NCBI RefSeq assembly: GCF_001194135.2
Contig: NC_068989.1
Coordinates: 67,792,188 to 67,856,187 of the forward strand
Reading direction: 5' to 3'
DNA from: Octopus bimaculoides
Lineage: Eukaryota
DNA: 64,000 nt
The number at the start of each line of letters is the position of its first letter. Positions within the stretch are counted from its first letter, which is position 1. The notes below the pieces were generated by a model that saw only the letters and a list, made by a program, of their open reading frames with translations, was not told the DNA's origin and made no database searches. A program made the translations under genes and the position numbers. This document shows positions 12,140 through 25,425 of the stretch, piece by piece.

Positions 12140-12850
12140 TTATGTACGTCAATCGTTTATTCATCAAAATATATCCCATCATATTCTGCTGTCTTTTGCC
12201 ATCGTTGTGAAGCTCAATTCCACTCTTATAGCATTTCGCTGGTTTAAAGGCAAAAATCTCCCTGCACCCGTTTTCAACCTCATCCACACTGTTGAACCTC
12301 ACTCCAAGCAGGAAATGAGCATGGCTCTGAAAAGGTGGTAATCTAATGGTGAAAAGTCTACACTGTAGGCAGGGTGGGGCAGCACTTCTAACCCTTCAAG
12401 TTTCTCATGTTTGTACTTAGTCACATTGATAGAGTTTGTCGGGAAATTGTCATGCTGTAGAAGTGCACGTCTTCACTTGACCAGTGTCGGGTAACGGGCA
12501 ATCAAAACGTCATATAATCGCTGCTATTGTTAAGTATAAAGGTTAGCGTTTACAGCATTACCATCTGAGACAAGCTCAAAGTGAAATACACCCTCTAAAT
12601 TCCACCGAACATGCAGCATAACCTTCCGTTCAAAAATCTCTTGTTTGGACAATAGGTTCTAAAGTCTGGCCGAAACGAAGCCATTGATTTTTTTTTATTT
12701 GGATTACGAAAATAAATCCATTTTTAATCCCCAATTAGATTTCGACGTCAAAAATGGGCAACTCGAGGGTATTCCAGCTGTTCTTTACAAAACTTCGCAC
12801 GTCGTTGAGCCTGGCCATTGGTAATTTCATAAGGAACTTATGAATAGCAT
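12140..12850 (-). mobile_element. Decayed mariner (DD34D) transposase fragment
   Basis: Minus-strand xVPYEIT (WVPHEL motif), KVMLHVRWNLEGVFHFEL, LLQHDN, LPHPAYSVDFSPLDYHLF. Confidence 0.85.
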
Positions 12851-13084
12851 CTGTTCACACTCTCCAATTTTTTTCACCCCTCATTATCAAAGCTGTAAAA
12901 TAAAGAATAAACAATGTTTATATATTATATATATGAAAATAAAGAATAAACAATGTAGCAACGATCGGACAATAAGTTATATCAAACAAATGGTATAACA
13001 TAGAGATACATGTTTCCAAGAATCATTATTGAAAATAAGAAAATATTTTTGACTTAAATTGGTATACAGTCATCTATGAAAACG

Positions 13085-13610
13085 TAATATACGCAATAAC
13101 TCTAGACTAGGTTTCAGTACATACGGAGGATTTAGGAAATGTATTAAAGAATACAACAATCCTAGATTAGCATTAAATATATACAGAGACATCTATGAAA
13201 GTGTACTAGTGTATATAACAATCCTAGATCTGGATTAAATACATGCGAACCATGAAAGTGTATTAACGTATACAAAAATTCTGTATTAGGATTATATACA
13301 TGAGAAATACATGAAATTATATACATGAGAAATACTATGAAAGTGTAGTAATATATACAACAATCCTGGATTAGAATTAAAAATGGAGATATTTATTAAG
13401 GTAAAGCAACGGATACAACTTTGGATTAAGATTAAATATATACGGAAACATTTATGAAAATGTACCAACGTATACAACAATCCTAGATTAGAATTAAATA
13501 CATACGGGGTATACAATGAAAGTGTATTAACTTATATCACAGTTATAGATTAGGGTTAAATATATACGGAGAACACTATGACAGTGTCATAAGGTATGCA
13601 ACAAACATGG
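13085..13610. repeat. Degenerate minisatellite, ~8 units of ~60 bp
   Basis: CCTAGATTAG-like core at ~13101, 13161, 13223, 13281, 13365, 13421, 13482 and 13545. Confidence 0.8.
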
Positions 13611-14304
13611 CGAATAGATTTTATATACAGGAACAACACTAACTTTATACGCTATCATAATAATATGGTGCCTAAAGCTCTTGTTACACGAGCGACTAAA
13701 TTCTAAGCTGAGGTCCTGGCTTCAACTGAATAGTAAAAGAATTGGTCCATATAGAACTGACTCCTAGCTTGTCAGAAAAAAAAAAAAGCGAAAATTTCTT
13801 CAACACAATGTTTTTATTCTTTGATTAATTTCTAAAATATAATGAAAATAAATCAAGTTGGTTGTTGAAATTACGTCCCAGGAATGTTATTTTTTCTAAT
13901 CGTTTATCTGTCCTATAAGAAACATCCATCATTTCGTTTTTGCAAACAGCAAACAGTTAAAAGTTACTCGAAATGTACTGTGTACGTAGAGTTATGAAAA
14001 AAATATCAGATGTAAATATTCTAAAATGCACACAGGAGTAATGCATACAAATAGAAATACGCAATCGTGTGATGAAAATGTATATTGAAACTCATGTAGA
14101 CGGACAACGAAAAAGAAAAGAAAAAGAAAAATAAACAATTGGGCTGCAGGGACTGAACACATTTTATTTATTAAATTCAAACGAAATCTGCAAACGTGCA
14201 GAATAACATGGTGTAAATATTTTAGTATACTGACAGTAAGGCATACAATAGTAAGTACATGTGCGTGTGCGAATGTGTATTGACACTTATGTTAACGTAT
14301 TTAG

Positions 14305-14720
14305 TTATCTTCTATCTTTTACTTGTTTCTGTCATTAGACTGTGGCCATGCTGGGGCACTGCCTTGAAGAATTTTATTCGAACGAATCGATCCCAGTATT
14401 TATCTTAAAGTCTGGTACATATTGCGTCGGTCAGTGATGTCGAACCGCTTAGTTACAGGGACGTAAGCACACCAGCATCGGTTGTCAAGCGGTGGTGGTG
14501 GGGGTGAACACAAGCACAAAGACACACACACATACACACACACAATAAATACTATATATTCAATAGACTTCTTTTCAGTGTCCATCTATCAAACCCAATC
14601 ACAAAGCTTTGGTCGGCCCGAGGCTATAGTAGGAGACACTTGCTCAAGGTGTCCCGCAGTGGGACTGAACCTGGAACTATGTAGTTGGGAAGCAATCTTC
14701 TTATCATACGTCCACGCCTA
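14305..14720 (-). mobile_element. Near full-length SINE family B (~410 bp)
   Basis: tRNA-like head with GGTTCAGTCCCAC B box, internal (TG)n, tail GACAGAAACAAGTAAAAG. Confidence 0.9.
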
Positions 14721-15069
14721 TCCACGACATTCGAAGAGCATTTTGAAACGATTACTAAATATTTAGTTCTAATATTATCTAATTAATTAATCATTTCATA
14801 ACCTTAAATAGGATAATTTAAACTTCTTAATTAACCATTTAGATTTGGGTATGTTTTGTTGGACACCTCCATTAAAATACTTGTTTAATTATCTCCATAT
14901 AGTAACATCCGTTGCTTGGTTGAAGACTCCAGTCACGCTTTACATCACAAACACATATACGCACTCACATTATTATACTTGAGGACGGCCATAAAAGATG
15001 ACTATTCCCAAGTATAACATGTTTCAACACGTTTTCACATCAAAAAAAGAAATACATAAACGTATACAT

Positions 15070-15760
15070 ATATAAGTAAAGATTTACTTTTTGTAATGAG
15101 ATAAAAAACCAAAGCTGTGTAGATTTTAGAACATTTATAAATAGAAGGTCTTACAGCTGTTCCCAGGATATTTATTATATCTCTTCATCGGAGACGGTGT
15201 GAGAAGATGGTTAAGCAATAGTTAATTTAGATAAGATACGAAATAGAGAGTGAATTGGAGGAACGAAAATAGATGTGAGATATGTAAGGACATTGTATTT
15301 GTAAATCCATTATTTAGGCAGAATGGTATACATATAATATTCCAATACCTTATGAGTAAAATCCAATAGTCTTTAAAATTGGTCATTCCAAGTATAGCGT
15401 TTGTTCACAGTGTTATTGAATCAATAACATTGGAATCTTATATGTATACCATTCTGCCTAAATAATGGATTTACAAATACAATATCCCTGCATATCTCAC
15501 ATCTATTTTCGTTGTCAGTTAAGATCGGTAGGGACTTGTACGAAGCGCGAGCAAACTTGAGTATCAAATCTTTAGATACGAAGTCAGATAGGAAATCTGC
15601 ATTATTTGAATTAAGGCTTACTACCAAATATTTAAACGTTCGAAGTGAAGACGCCGACGCCTGTTGTAGGAGATGGCTTAATGTATTTCAGTCTAGGACA
15701 AACGCGTGATCGATCTAGCACAAGTGCAGACCAGAGTAGATTTTTAATGCCTACTTTGAG
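15070..15760 (-). mobile_element. Penelope-like element 3' end with internal inverted duplication and hammerhead-like motif
   Basis: Hammerhead-like core at 15146-15198; 85-bp inverted arms 15262-15346 and 15429-15513. The PLE identity of ORF remnant 15421..15627 is inferred from context. Confidence 0.6.
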
Positions 15761-18433
15761 ATATCTCTGTGGTTTCTAACTGTACCGCTTCAGTACAATA
15801 TTACTTTATGTTGCCTACATTTATTGATATTTATCTAATAAGATCTGACATACTAGTTCTCAGTCAAAATGATTATATAAAGATAATAAAATGAAGGAGT
15901 TTGCTTGGGAATAATAAGTGTAAAGATACTGATTTCAAATTACCACAGAGGTCGCTTACTCATTTCATTTCTTGTTCGTTGATAAAATTAATACCAGTTA
16001 TATACTTGTGTTGATTCAATCGACTATAGCCTCTTCTGTACCGAAAAATTGGACTTGTGCCTAGACAACAACAACGACAAAAACAAAAATATTAATGATA
16101 CTTAATAAACAGTTGAAGCTGTAAATTTTACACAACAGTTCGTATATATATATATGTATATAAATATACATACATAAATAACGTATGAACATAAATATAA
16201 TATTTATATGTATATAATTCACGGCAGCTTTCGTCCTAATTTTGGGACTGCCATGTTGGCTTGGCGATAACTATTAATTTCCAGTACCGCTGCCGTAGTC
16301 TCCTTTAGAGAGACTTAGAAATATTAATAACTCTATTTCTGAAAACCAGNNNNNNNNNNNNNNNNNNNNNNNNNNNNNNNNNNNNNNNNNNNNNNNNNNN
16401 NNNNNNNNNNNNNNNNNNNNNNNNNNNNNNNNNNNNNNNNNNNNNNNNNNNNNNNNNNNNNNNNNNNNNNNNNNNNNNNNNNNNNNNNNNNNNNNNNNNN
16501 NNNNNNNNNNNNNNNNNNNNNNNNNNNNNNNNNNNNNNNNNNNNNNNNNNNNNNNNNNNNNNNNNNNNNNNNNNNNNNNNNNNNNNNNNNNNNNNNNNNN
16601 NNNNNNNNNNNNNNNNNNNNNNNNNNNNNNNNNNNNNNNNNNNNNNNNNNNNNNNNNNNNNNNNNNNNNNNNNNNNNNNNNNNNNNNNNNNNNNNNNNNN
16701 NNNNNNNNNNNNNNNNNNNNNNNNNNNNNNNNNNNNNNNNNNNNNNNNNNNNNNNNNNNNNNNNNNNNNNNNNNNNNNNNNNNNNNNNNNNNNNNNNNNN
16801 NNNNNNNNNNNNNNNNNNTATATATATATATATACATATAAATATTATATTTATGTTCATACGTTATATATATATCTATATGTATGTATGTATGTGTGTG
16901 TATGTATGTATGTATATCATTATACATACGCATATACGGAATGAAAAGAAAGATATGAATTTAATCACTCATGTATTCGGCACAGAATAGAAGGGTTAGC
17001 GATCGCGAACAACTAATGAAGCCAGTCAAAAATTCGTTGGTGCCAAACACGATGCTGCCAGAAAAATGACTGCCAAGGCATAAACTTATATATTACGAAT
17101 CAATAAATTATTTAAAAGAATAATTCTTCTGAAATGCTTATCTGACATTATCAACCACGTTCTTATATCTATTGGCCAGACAAATGGACAGAGAGACAAA
17201 TAGGCATAGCTGCAAACATTACATATATATATCTATGTTCCTACGTATGTACATATCTATCTATATATAAATGTATGTATGTATGTACACCCACACACAC
17301 ATACACACATACATACATACATACATACATACATACATACATACATACATACATACATACATAGATACATACATACATACACACACACGCACATATATAT
17401 GAGATGAACAAGTTGATTTCCTATGTATCAATGTTCTGAGTACAAACCATGACACGATTCAGGTTTATTTTAACCTTTAAACATTGATAATATAAACAAT
17501 ATCAATCATACAGGGTGAGGTAAAAAAAGCCTTCCACATTATTTGCCTAATGAAACAGGTAACGCCTGCCTAACGTCACTAGCACCACACCGATAGCTGT
17601 GTAAAATATTGGAGATTTTCTGCCCATATTTTACACGGATGTTTGTGTATTTCATTGCTGCGCCCTGTATATCATTAGCGGCTATATTCCTTCTTCTGTT
17701 AAGGGACTCTGGATCTAATCAAAAGCAAGAAATAACATGCTACTGTTGTTTGAACTTTACGAACATATTTTTGATGGAAGCCTCTACTGTGACCATTGTG
17801 TAGTTTTTACAGATTATATTATCCTGTATGTCCTTCCTTTGGTTTGAGCTAGATTTAGCCACTGTTTCTAGCAGACGAAAGACCACAAAGGATTCATCAT
17901 TGGTTCGTTGAATACCTGAATTTGTGGTCAGCTGCATTGTCTCTATACATTCTGACCTTTAATCTCACTAGATCAGTAAATATTTTGTTAACCCATTTCT
18001 GTATGGGAACAACCAATTTGCTGGCTTAGCTCAGAATGTACGGGGTATTCATCATTGAGGAAACCAAATGAGGTTGAAACACGTAACTGGCGATCTGCCG
18101 GCGTTCTGAGCGAAGTCCTGTGTTTTTAACGCATAAATCTTTTTGAGAATTTTTCCGAGACAAAATTACAGCCGTTCCACATTTTTACACGCACATTATA
18201 AATGTTATATGCACCAACATTTTAATCTAAAGCCGCTTCAAATGAGGTGTATATATTAATTAAATTCTAGTGTGGCTAATCTTCACACATTTTCATATGG
18301 ATTTCTATATCAGAACAAACATTTTCAGCTTGGAACAGAACGTCCGGATATTTGTCACTGAGGAGATTAAGTTAGGCAGAAACAGCGTGTCTAGCCGACA
18401 TCGTTCTGAGCAAAGCTCTGTATTTTAACATAT

Positions 18434-19218
18434 TGTTACGAACGCCCGCACGCGAAGCACCCCTCAACCGAAGAGGAAACTCTCTCGCGCGCGCGCGAAC
18501 GCTCGTACGCTCAGTGAGCTAGCAACCCGTCTCGGTCACCTGACCGATAATAAAGCCCCGGCTGGAGCACGTAACGAAGAACAACACAGGCAAAAGGAGG
18601 GGTGGAAGAAACAACACGAAGACCATGCTTTGGGTAACCTTTTCTTTTTACATACATAAAATCACAGAATACATTTAAAACATTAGAGTAGAGCATTACA
18701 TAATAACAATTCCAATACATGGCATGACAGTTCAATAACGTTGACAAAGTTTCCAAACAATTACAAGCTTTTCAATCATTTTTACATCGCAAAGTTCGTG
18801 TCTCAAGTTTCATTTGACAACAAAGTTCTGCTTCTTTCTTTTGTTTTTCTTTTCTTTTCCTTTCTTTTAGAAGCATTTAACAACAACACAGTTAACAACT
18901 CAGAGTTCTTTTTCTCTAAAATAATATAAAAGCATTTACCACAACGAAGTTCGTTTCCTTCAGGTCTGCTACTTCCACTGACCAGGGCAGTCTGCCACTA
19001 CAATTCCGTCTCTNNNNNNNNNNGGCCGACTGCTTCCCGCCAATTCCTGTCCTGCTGAACTTTTGGTGACCGGAAAGGGGGCAGCTACGCTAAAAATAGC
19101 TGTGGTCGCCGACAAGACAAAGGAAATACCATTGTCCCCAACCGACCAGAGTACGGGTTCAAAACCCAGCCCGGGAGATAGGGATATAGTGCTATTTGCA
19201 TCCTCGGCGGTCGCATCA
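18434..19218. mobile_element. Possible solo-LTR-like insertion
   Basis: TGTTACG...CGCATCA imperfect inverted termini; GC/CpG-richer than flanks; no clean TSD; internal 10-N gap. Confidence 0.3.
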
Positions 19219-20592
19219 CTATATATCTCGTCAAGAGGTTTCTTTCTCTCTCTCTCTCTCTCTCTCTTTGAAGCAAAATATCACAGCTTTGTGCCATTCT
19301 ACGTTTGCATAAACCTTTTGTTATGTACACCAGTATATTAATCTAATGTTGTTTCAAGTGCGTATATTAATTCAAATCGGACTTTGTTATTTATTCACCT
19401 AGAGTCATTAAGATAATTACCAGATATATAATTACCAGATATATATGTAAAATCGATTATTCTATCGACTATTCTACACACTAAAAAAATGTGTGACCTT
19501 TTGTCATTACAACCGGTTAGGCTCTACTTTTATAATATGATATTGTTATGTCGATTTTATAACTTATGCTAACTGGTAATCTAATACAGCTTACTACATG
19601 GTTGTCTTGTCGGCTACTAAAATGATACCATCTCCAAGTAGGTGTGGTGAAGGGGTTCAATGAAACTCAACAGGGCAAAAATAAAGTGTGTCAATAGGAC
19701 GGACGAACCTATTATAAGGTCAGCAAACATCGAGCAATACTCATAGAATGCAGAGATACTCGAGATAGTGACTGAGCTTACGATAAGACCCCTTTAAGAG
19801 TGACTGATCTCTAGTTTTTGTTCGAGCCTCTAATTTATAGATGGGTCGGTAGATATAATACTTTAGTCGTGGTGAGAGTGACTAATCAGAACTGATTTGC
19901 TGCCTAGTGAGTGAGTCCAGGAGTCATAGACCAGTGGAATACACGTTGAAAGAAAAATAAATGTAATGGCCAGCTTTAGAGTAGTTTCCGACTGATTAGA
20001 TTTCCGGTAGCCTCCTAATGTTGCGAGGTGATACTCAGTGTTCTAGGATCATCCTTGCCAATGGATTTATCTCCTTCACAGTAAAAGTAGTGATGCAGAA
20101 AAAAAGCCTACACCAAACAACTCTATAAAGTTTTATTTCGCGGGCAACCGCATTTGCAATATGACCCATACATCTTCAATTTCTACCGTAGTAACTGAAT
20201 TTGTAACGTTCGGGGTATCACACGTGCACAAACACGTTCGTAGTTTACTCGCTCGTGAGGGTAGACAATAAGTACACTGGTAGTAGTAGTTCGGGCACTT
20301 TTTTCGTCCGCCGGTGAGGGGCTGTCGCAATTTAAGAAGTCTAGTCACCAAATGAACCAACCATAGGATCCACAATTGATGGACATTATGAAATTCGATG
20401 GACAACACTAAGCAAATAAATAACTTCGATAAACCAGTAAACATGATTTCCGTGATAATGAAATACATAACTCAGTTTCAGTTTTCATTTCCCGTATGCT
20501 GAATATTTTTAGAAAACTACAGAAATGTCGCAATTATCAATTCATCCCACTTGTTTATAAATCTGGAGCCAAGTGTCTATGTAAGTAAATAT

Positions 20593-20637
<45 letters not shown>

Positions 20638-21042
20638 GGATAATAAGGATAATATTTATTTTTCTCGATGACATTCCATTCTGTGAAGTCTTACCCCCAC
20701 TGATTCTACTTTCCCACTCCGCATCTGTTCCTCTTGATCTTCTCCGCGCTCTCTTCTAATTACTTAACTTTATCTGTTTTCAGATACGTAAGGGTCTATC
20801 CATAAGTGATTGCTGGTTATATGATACATAAAAAGCGTTTGTATAGTTTCTCCAGCAATGTTGTTAAGTAAATATCGCTCTAGAGTGCAATTATCTTTGT
20901 AAACAATGACCTATGGCATGCATGTTTCTTGTAAATGTGAGACTGGGATTTAATTGACGAAGCCTCACGACATTTATTGCCAGTAAATATAATAACGAGT
21001 GTTGATTAGCACAGATGAAATTAGTTCAGTGACTTCTGAAAT

Positions 21043-21076
<34 letters not shown>

Positions 21077-21194
21077 GTAGTAGTGCGGTGGTGATAGTGG
21101 TGGTCATGAAACAAAAATTCTTTAACACACACTCACACATACGCTTATGCAAGCGCAGAAACAGAGACACAAATGCATGATGCTTACAAAAACA

Positions 21195-21203
21195 CACACA
21201 CGC

Positions 21204-21275
<72 letters not shown>

Positions 21276-21376
21276 GTCAGTCAGTCTGTCTGTCTGTCTA
21301 GCTGTCTCTCTTTCTCTCTCTGTCTCTCTTTCTCTCTCTGTCTCTCTTTCTCTCTCTGTCTCTCTTTCTCTCTCTG

Positions 21377-21467
<91 letters not shown>

Positions 21468-21470
21468 ATC
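21195..21470. repeat. Compound microsatellite (TCTA)n, (TCTCTCTCTGTCTCTCTT)n, (CT)n
   Basis: Direct reading. Confidence 0.95.
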
Positions 21471-21607
21471 TGTGCCATGTCACGGATCTGTAACTCGCAG
21501 ATAGAGTTATAGAGGCGCTGTTGCAGTATACGGTGTGTTTTGGACATTTTGAGACCTGACGTAGCCCACCCCTCTCCAGGTCTGACTACACTCAATTTCT
21601 TCTAGGT

Positions 21608-21848
21608 CTGTGGTTCTCAACCATATTCTGCCTATGGACCTCCTTGATTCCTCTTTTACTCTGCAGCCCCCCCCCCCGTAGCAAGTCGATATTTTAAAAA
21701 TCCTATTATATTTCTTATACTTAAATATTATTAGGAAATGCATAACATTTAAAAAAAATATTTTGTTTATTATAAAAGTATATAATTGATTTAATGCACA
21801 TACATTTTAACAGCAAAACCTCATATGGACCTCGGTTGAGAACGACTG
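21608..21848. mobile_element. hAT (Charlie-like) MITE, 241 bp
   Basis: TIRs CTGTGGTTCTCAACC / GGTTGAGAACGACTG; 8-bp TSD TTCTAGGT (21600-21607) / TTCTAGAT (21849-21856). Confidence 0.85.
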
Positions 21849-22199
21849 TTCTAGATGAAAAGAAAGAGATACAAAAAGAAGAAAGAAAAAGAAGAAGAAA
21901 AAACAGTAAGATTTAAAGAAAGAGAAGAATCGACTCCAGCACTTCACTGGTGCTTTACTTTATCGACTTCTAAAAGATAAAGCTGACTGCGATGGTATTT
22001 CATCTGAGAGTGCAGGGTACCAGATCGATTGTCCCAAATCATTCTATCTGAAGCTACAACAACTCTGCCATTTGGCCGACTTAAAGTATATATTTTAACT
22101 TCGGTAGTATTTGAACACCGAATGTAATCACTTGGAAAAAATACTGCAACGCATTTTTCTGACTCTCTAAGGTGTCTGCTGTTTAACCATCTTATATGT

Positions 22200-22460
22200 T
22201 CATTTACTTGTTTCAACCATTAGACTGGAACCATAACGGAGCACTACTTTCAAGTGCTTAGTTGAACAGCTCGACCCCAAAACAACAGATTTGTTTAAAA
22301 TCTAGTCTGATACCTACTCTGCCGTACTCTATTGCTAAACCATCAAATTACACAGAAATAACAATAACAAACAAACACCTACACCTGTTGTCAAGCGGTT
22401 GGGAGACAAACACAAAGACCAAGATACAAACAACATACACACCATCACACACACACATAC
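22200..22460 (-). mobile_element. SINE family B, 3' half
   Basis: Similar to 14305-14540 (ttacttgtttca..., ttgtcaagcggt..., caaacacaaagac). Confidence 0.75.
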
Positions 22461-22490
22461 ATGTTTGTATGGGTATATATAGATACATAG

Positions 22491-22527
<37 letters not shown>

Positions 22528-22557
22528 TATATATGTGTATATATATGCATATATATA

Positions 22558-22622
<65 letters not shown>

Positions 22623-23084
22623 TTGTGTATGTTGTTTGTGTGTATACATATATGTGTGTATATTCACTAATATAGATGAATCTATATATATTTATATATT
22701 ATTCATACATACGCACGCACACACACACACACACAGCGCACACACACGCACACATTTCTAATACTTAATGGAATGATTAACAAAATGTCATTCCATATCG
22801 AGCTTCATTGATTTACAGTAGTTTCCGCTTTAAGAAGCAGCGCTCTCTCAGAGCTGAGTTCTTGCTCATTACCCAATAAATTCCTCGGAGAGTATTCTAT
22901 TTTTTTTTATTACTGAAATCATTTAAATTATGTTTGAACTGGTAAAAAAGTAATGGTATATACACTCGGAGAGAAAGAAGCCACTACCAGAAATATGCCG
23001 ATTTTAATAATCATACGTATTTAAATTGGCACGTAATGAACATTTATTCATACGCATATAAAATATTAAAAAAATTTATATATT

Positions 23085-23534
23085 GTTTTCAAATTTTGTC
23101 ACAAGGCCAGCAATTTTGGGGAGGTGCTAAGCCGACTAAATAGACCCCAGTACTCAACTGGTACTTATTCTACCTACTCTGAAAGGATGAAAGGTAAATT
23201 CGACCCCGGCGGCATTTGAACCCAGAAAGTAAAGACGGACGAAATGTCGCCAAGTATTTTGCCCGGGGTGCTAACGATTCTGCCAGCTCGCCGCTTTATA
23301 TCAAATTTATATATTGGTTTCAAATCGTGGCACAAGGCTAGTAATTTCGGGTGGTGGGGTGGACAGGAGGTGAAGTCGATTATATCGGTCCCAGTGCTCA
23401 ACTGGTACTTACTTTATCGACCCCGAGGTAAAGTCGACTTCGGCGGTATTTGAACTCATGACGTAAAGACGGACAAAATGCTGCTAAGCGCTTTGCCCGC
23501 ATTGCTAACCGTTCTGTCAGCTCGTTGCCTTAGA
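23085..23534 (-). mobile_element. Two complete family A SINEs in tandem with three copies of a 13-bp target
   Basis: AAATTTATATATT at 23072-23084, 23303-23315 and 23535-23547. Confidence 0.88.
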
Positions 23535-23602
23535 AAATTTATATATTATTACACAGGAGTGACTGTGTGGTAATGGCTGAAACAAGTAAAAACTAAAAAA
23601 AA

Positions 23603-23648
<46 letters not shown>

Positions 23649-25181
23649 ATATCTATCTATCTAACTATCCATCCATACATAGAAAGCTATAGATATACAT
23701 ATAGATATAAGTGGTTAGTAAAGTTAGGGTTACTGTCTGTATACTATTGAGAGAGCATCGGAAAACCAAATTAGAAATGATAAGCGTTGATAAATATTCC
23801 TATGATTAAAATGGTGTTACTCATTAATGAACACTGCATGCAATACAAGAACTAGTATTTTATGCAGATGACGTCCCTAAGGTACCTCCATCATCACCTG
23901 AGGTGTGTATTTTCACTCTGTGTAGTGTTAACTGTATATTGTTAGCCACACAATAGTAACTACTAATACATAGCAGTAGCAGTGTGTGTATATTTATATT
24001 CTTTATTTTACAATGAAACGAATATAACATTCTTTCTATCAACTGAGGGTATTTACAATTTTTTTTGTGTATACATAGAATGTTGTAGTACTGGCGGTAG
24101 TTGTAATAGCTGTGGTGGTATATGACGATATGTCAAGCGTTTTTAAGATTAAAAAAAGAAAATCATAAGCATATCTATCAATATGTACTATATCATCGTT
24201 AATTTTTCCAATTAATGTCGATTTGATTTCTCATGTCTGATAGCTCAATGTAGTTAACAATACTGAAGTAATTGAGTCATGTTGCGAATAAATAAAATGA
24301 TTTGGAAATCTTTCAAGCATATATAAAAATAAAACGTTAAGGTTTTCAGACCACGAATAAAAATTTACTCTCTTCTTTCACGCATTCTTCTTTTTTGTTT
24401 TCTCTTTTATTGGTCAGCGCATCTGCTTCTTTCCCTCCCACGCCTCTCTTTCAACATTCAGCATTCCAATCTTTCTCTCCTCTTCCTCCTTCCCCCCTCT
24501 CTCTCTGTCTTTCTGTCTAATCGATCTCTGCTTTTCACATTTTGTCTCTCTCGCTATCAGTTACAGATGAGTAATTTTTATTTAATTGTTGAACGAAATA
24601 TCGCCCTAATGAAACATGGATTTATCATCCATAAAACATAGTACATACATACATGCATACATGCATACATACATACATACATACATACATACATACATGC
24701 ATGCATATACACCCATTGCGGTGTAATAAATTATTTTAAATAGTTTTGTTACAGTTAGATGACATATCTCGGTAAACACATTTTTGTCGTAATAAAATAA
24801 AAACAAAAAAGAAACAAAAACCCCAGCACTAAATCTTCCCAATCTTTGCAAGTATTTCTCGAATTTTAATGACAGTCGCTGTGTAGTTTAGCAATACAAC
24901 AACTGTAGACTTATAAGAAGAGCAAGTAAAGCACTTTCATTGTAATATTATGACATTCCAATATAAGTGAGACGCATTTTACAATAGAGAAAATTGTAAC
25001 GTTTCTACCTTTCATCTTTTGTGTCGTACTTAACATATATAGAATATATAAGCCAGACCGTGAAATCAGTTAAATGGTAGCTGCCATTAATTCTACAAAG
25101 CCCAGAATTTCTATAATCTAAATAATAATCCATTTATATAAATTGAACTGATTCACAAAAGGCTACACAACACACCCACAA

Positions 25182-25330
25182 TACGAAAGGGTGTTGAAAA
25201 GATCCTGGCTTTGGGTCAAAGAAAATACAGGAGTATCAGTTAATTATGATGTTATTCAACATATTCCTCTTTCAGGTTCACACTTATTGCAGCGGTCTTT
25301 CAGTTTTTCTAAGCCCTTTAAAAGAACTCG
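25182..25330. mobile_element. Mariner-type MITE, partial
   Basis: TA-CGAAAGGGTGTTGAAAAGATCCTGGCTTT TIR; internal sequence shared with 29718-29903. Confidence 0.7.
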
Positions 25331-25372
25331 GTGTCCCAGCATGGCTGCAGAAAAGTGACTGAAACAAGTAAA

Positions 25373-25425
<53 letters not shown>

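Noticed and set aside
13085-13610. Regularly spaced repeats as a CRISPR array
   Set aside because: Units are wholly degenerate tandem copies with no unique spacers, the context is eukaryotic, and there are no cas genes.
17609-17940. Pogo/Tigger transposase remnant
   Set aside because: Only a vague VTVEASIKNMF resemblance and no TIRs.
20133-20468. 111-aa minus-strand ORF as a secreted Cys-rich peptide
   Set aside because: No recognisable family or splice support; the plus-strand promoter/exon reading fits at least as well.
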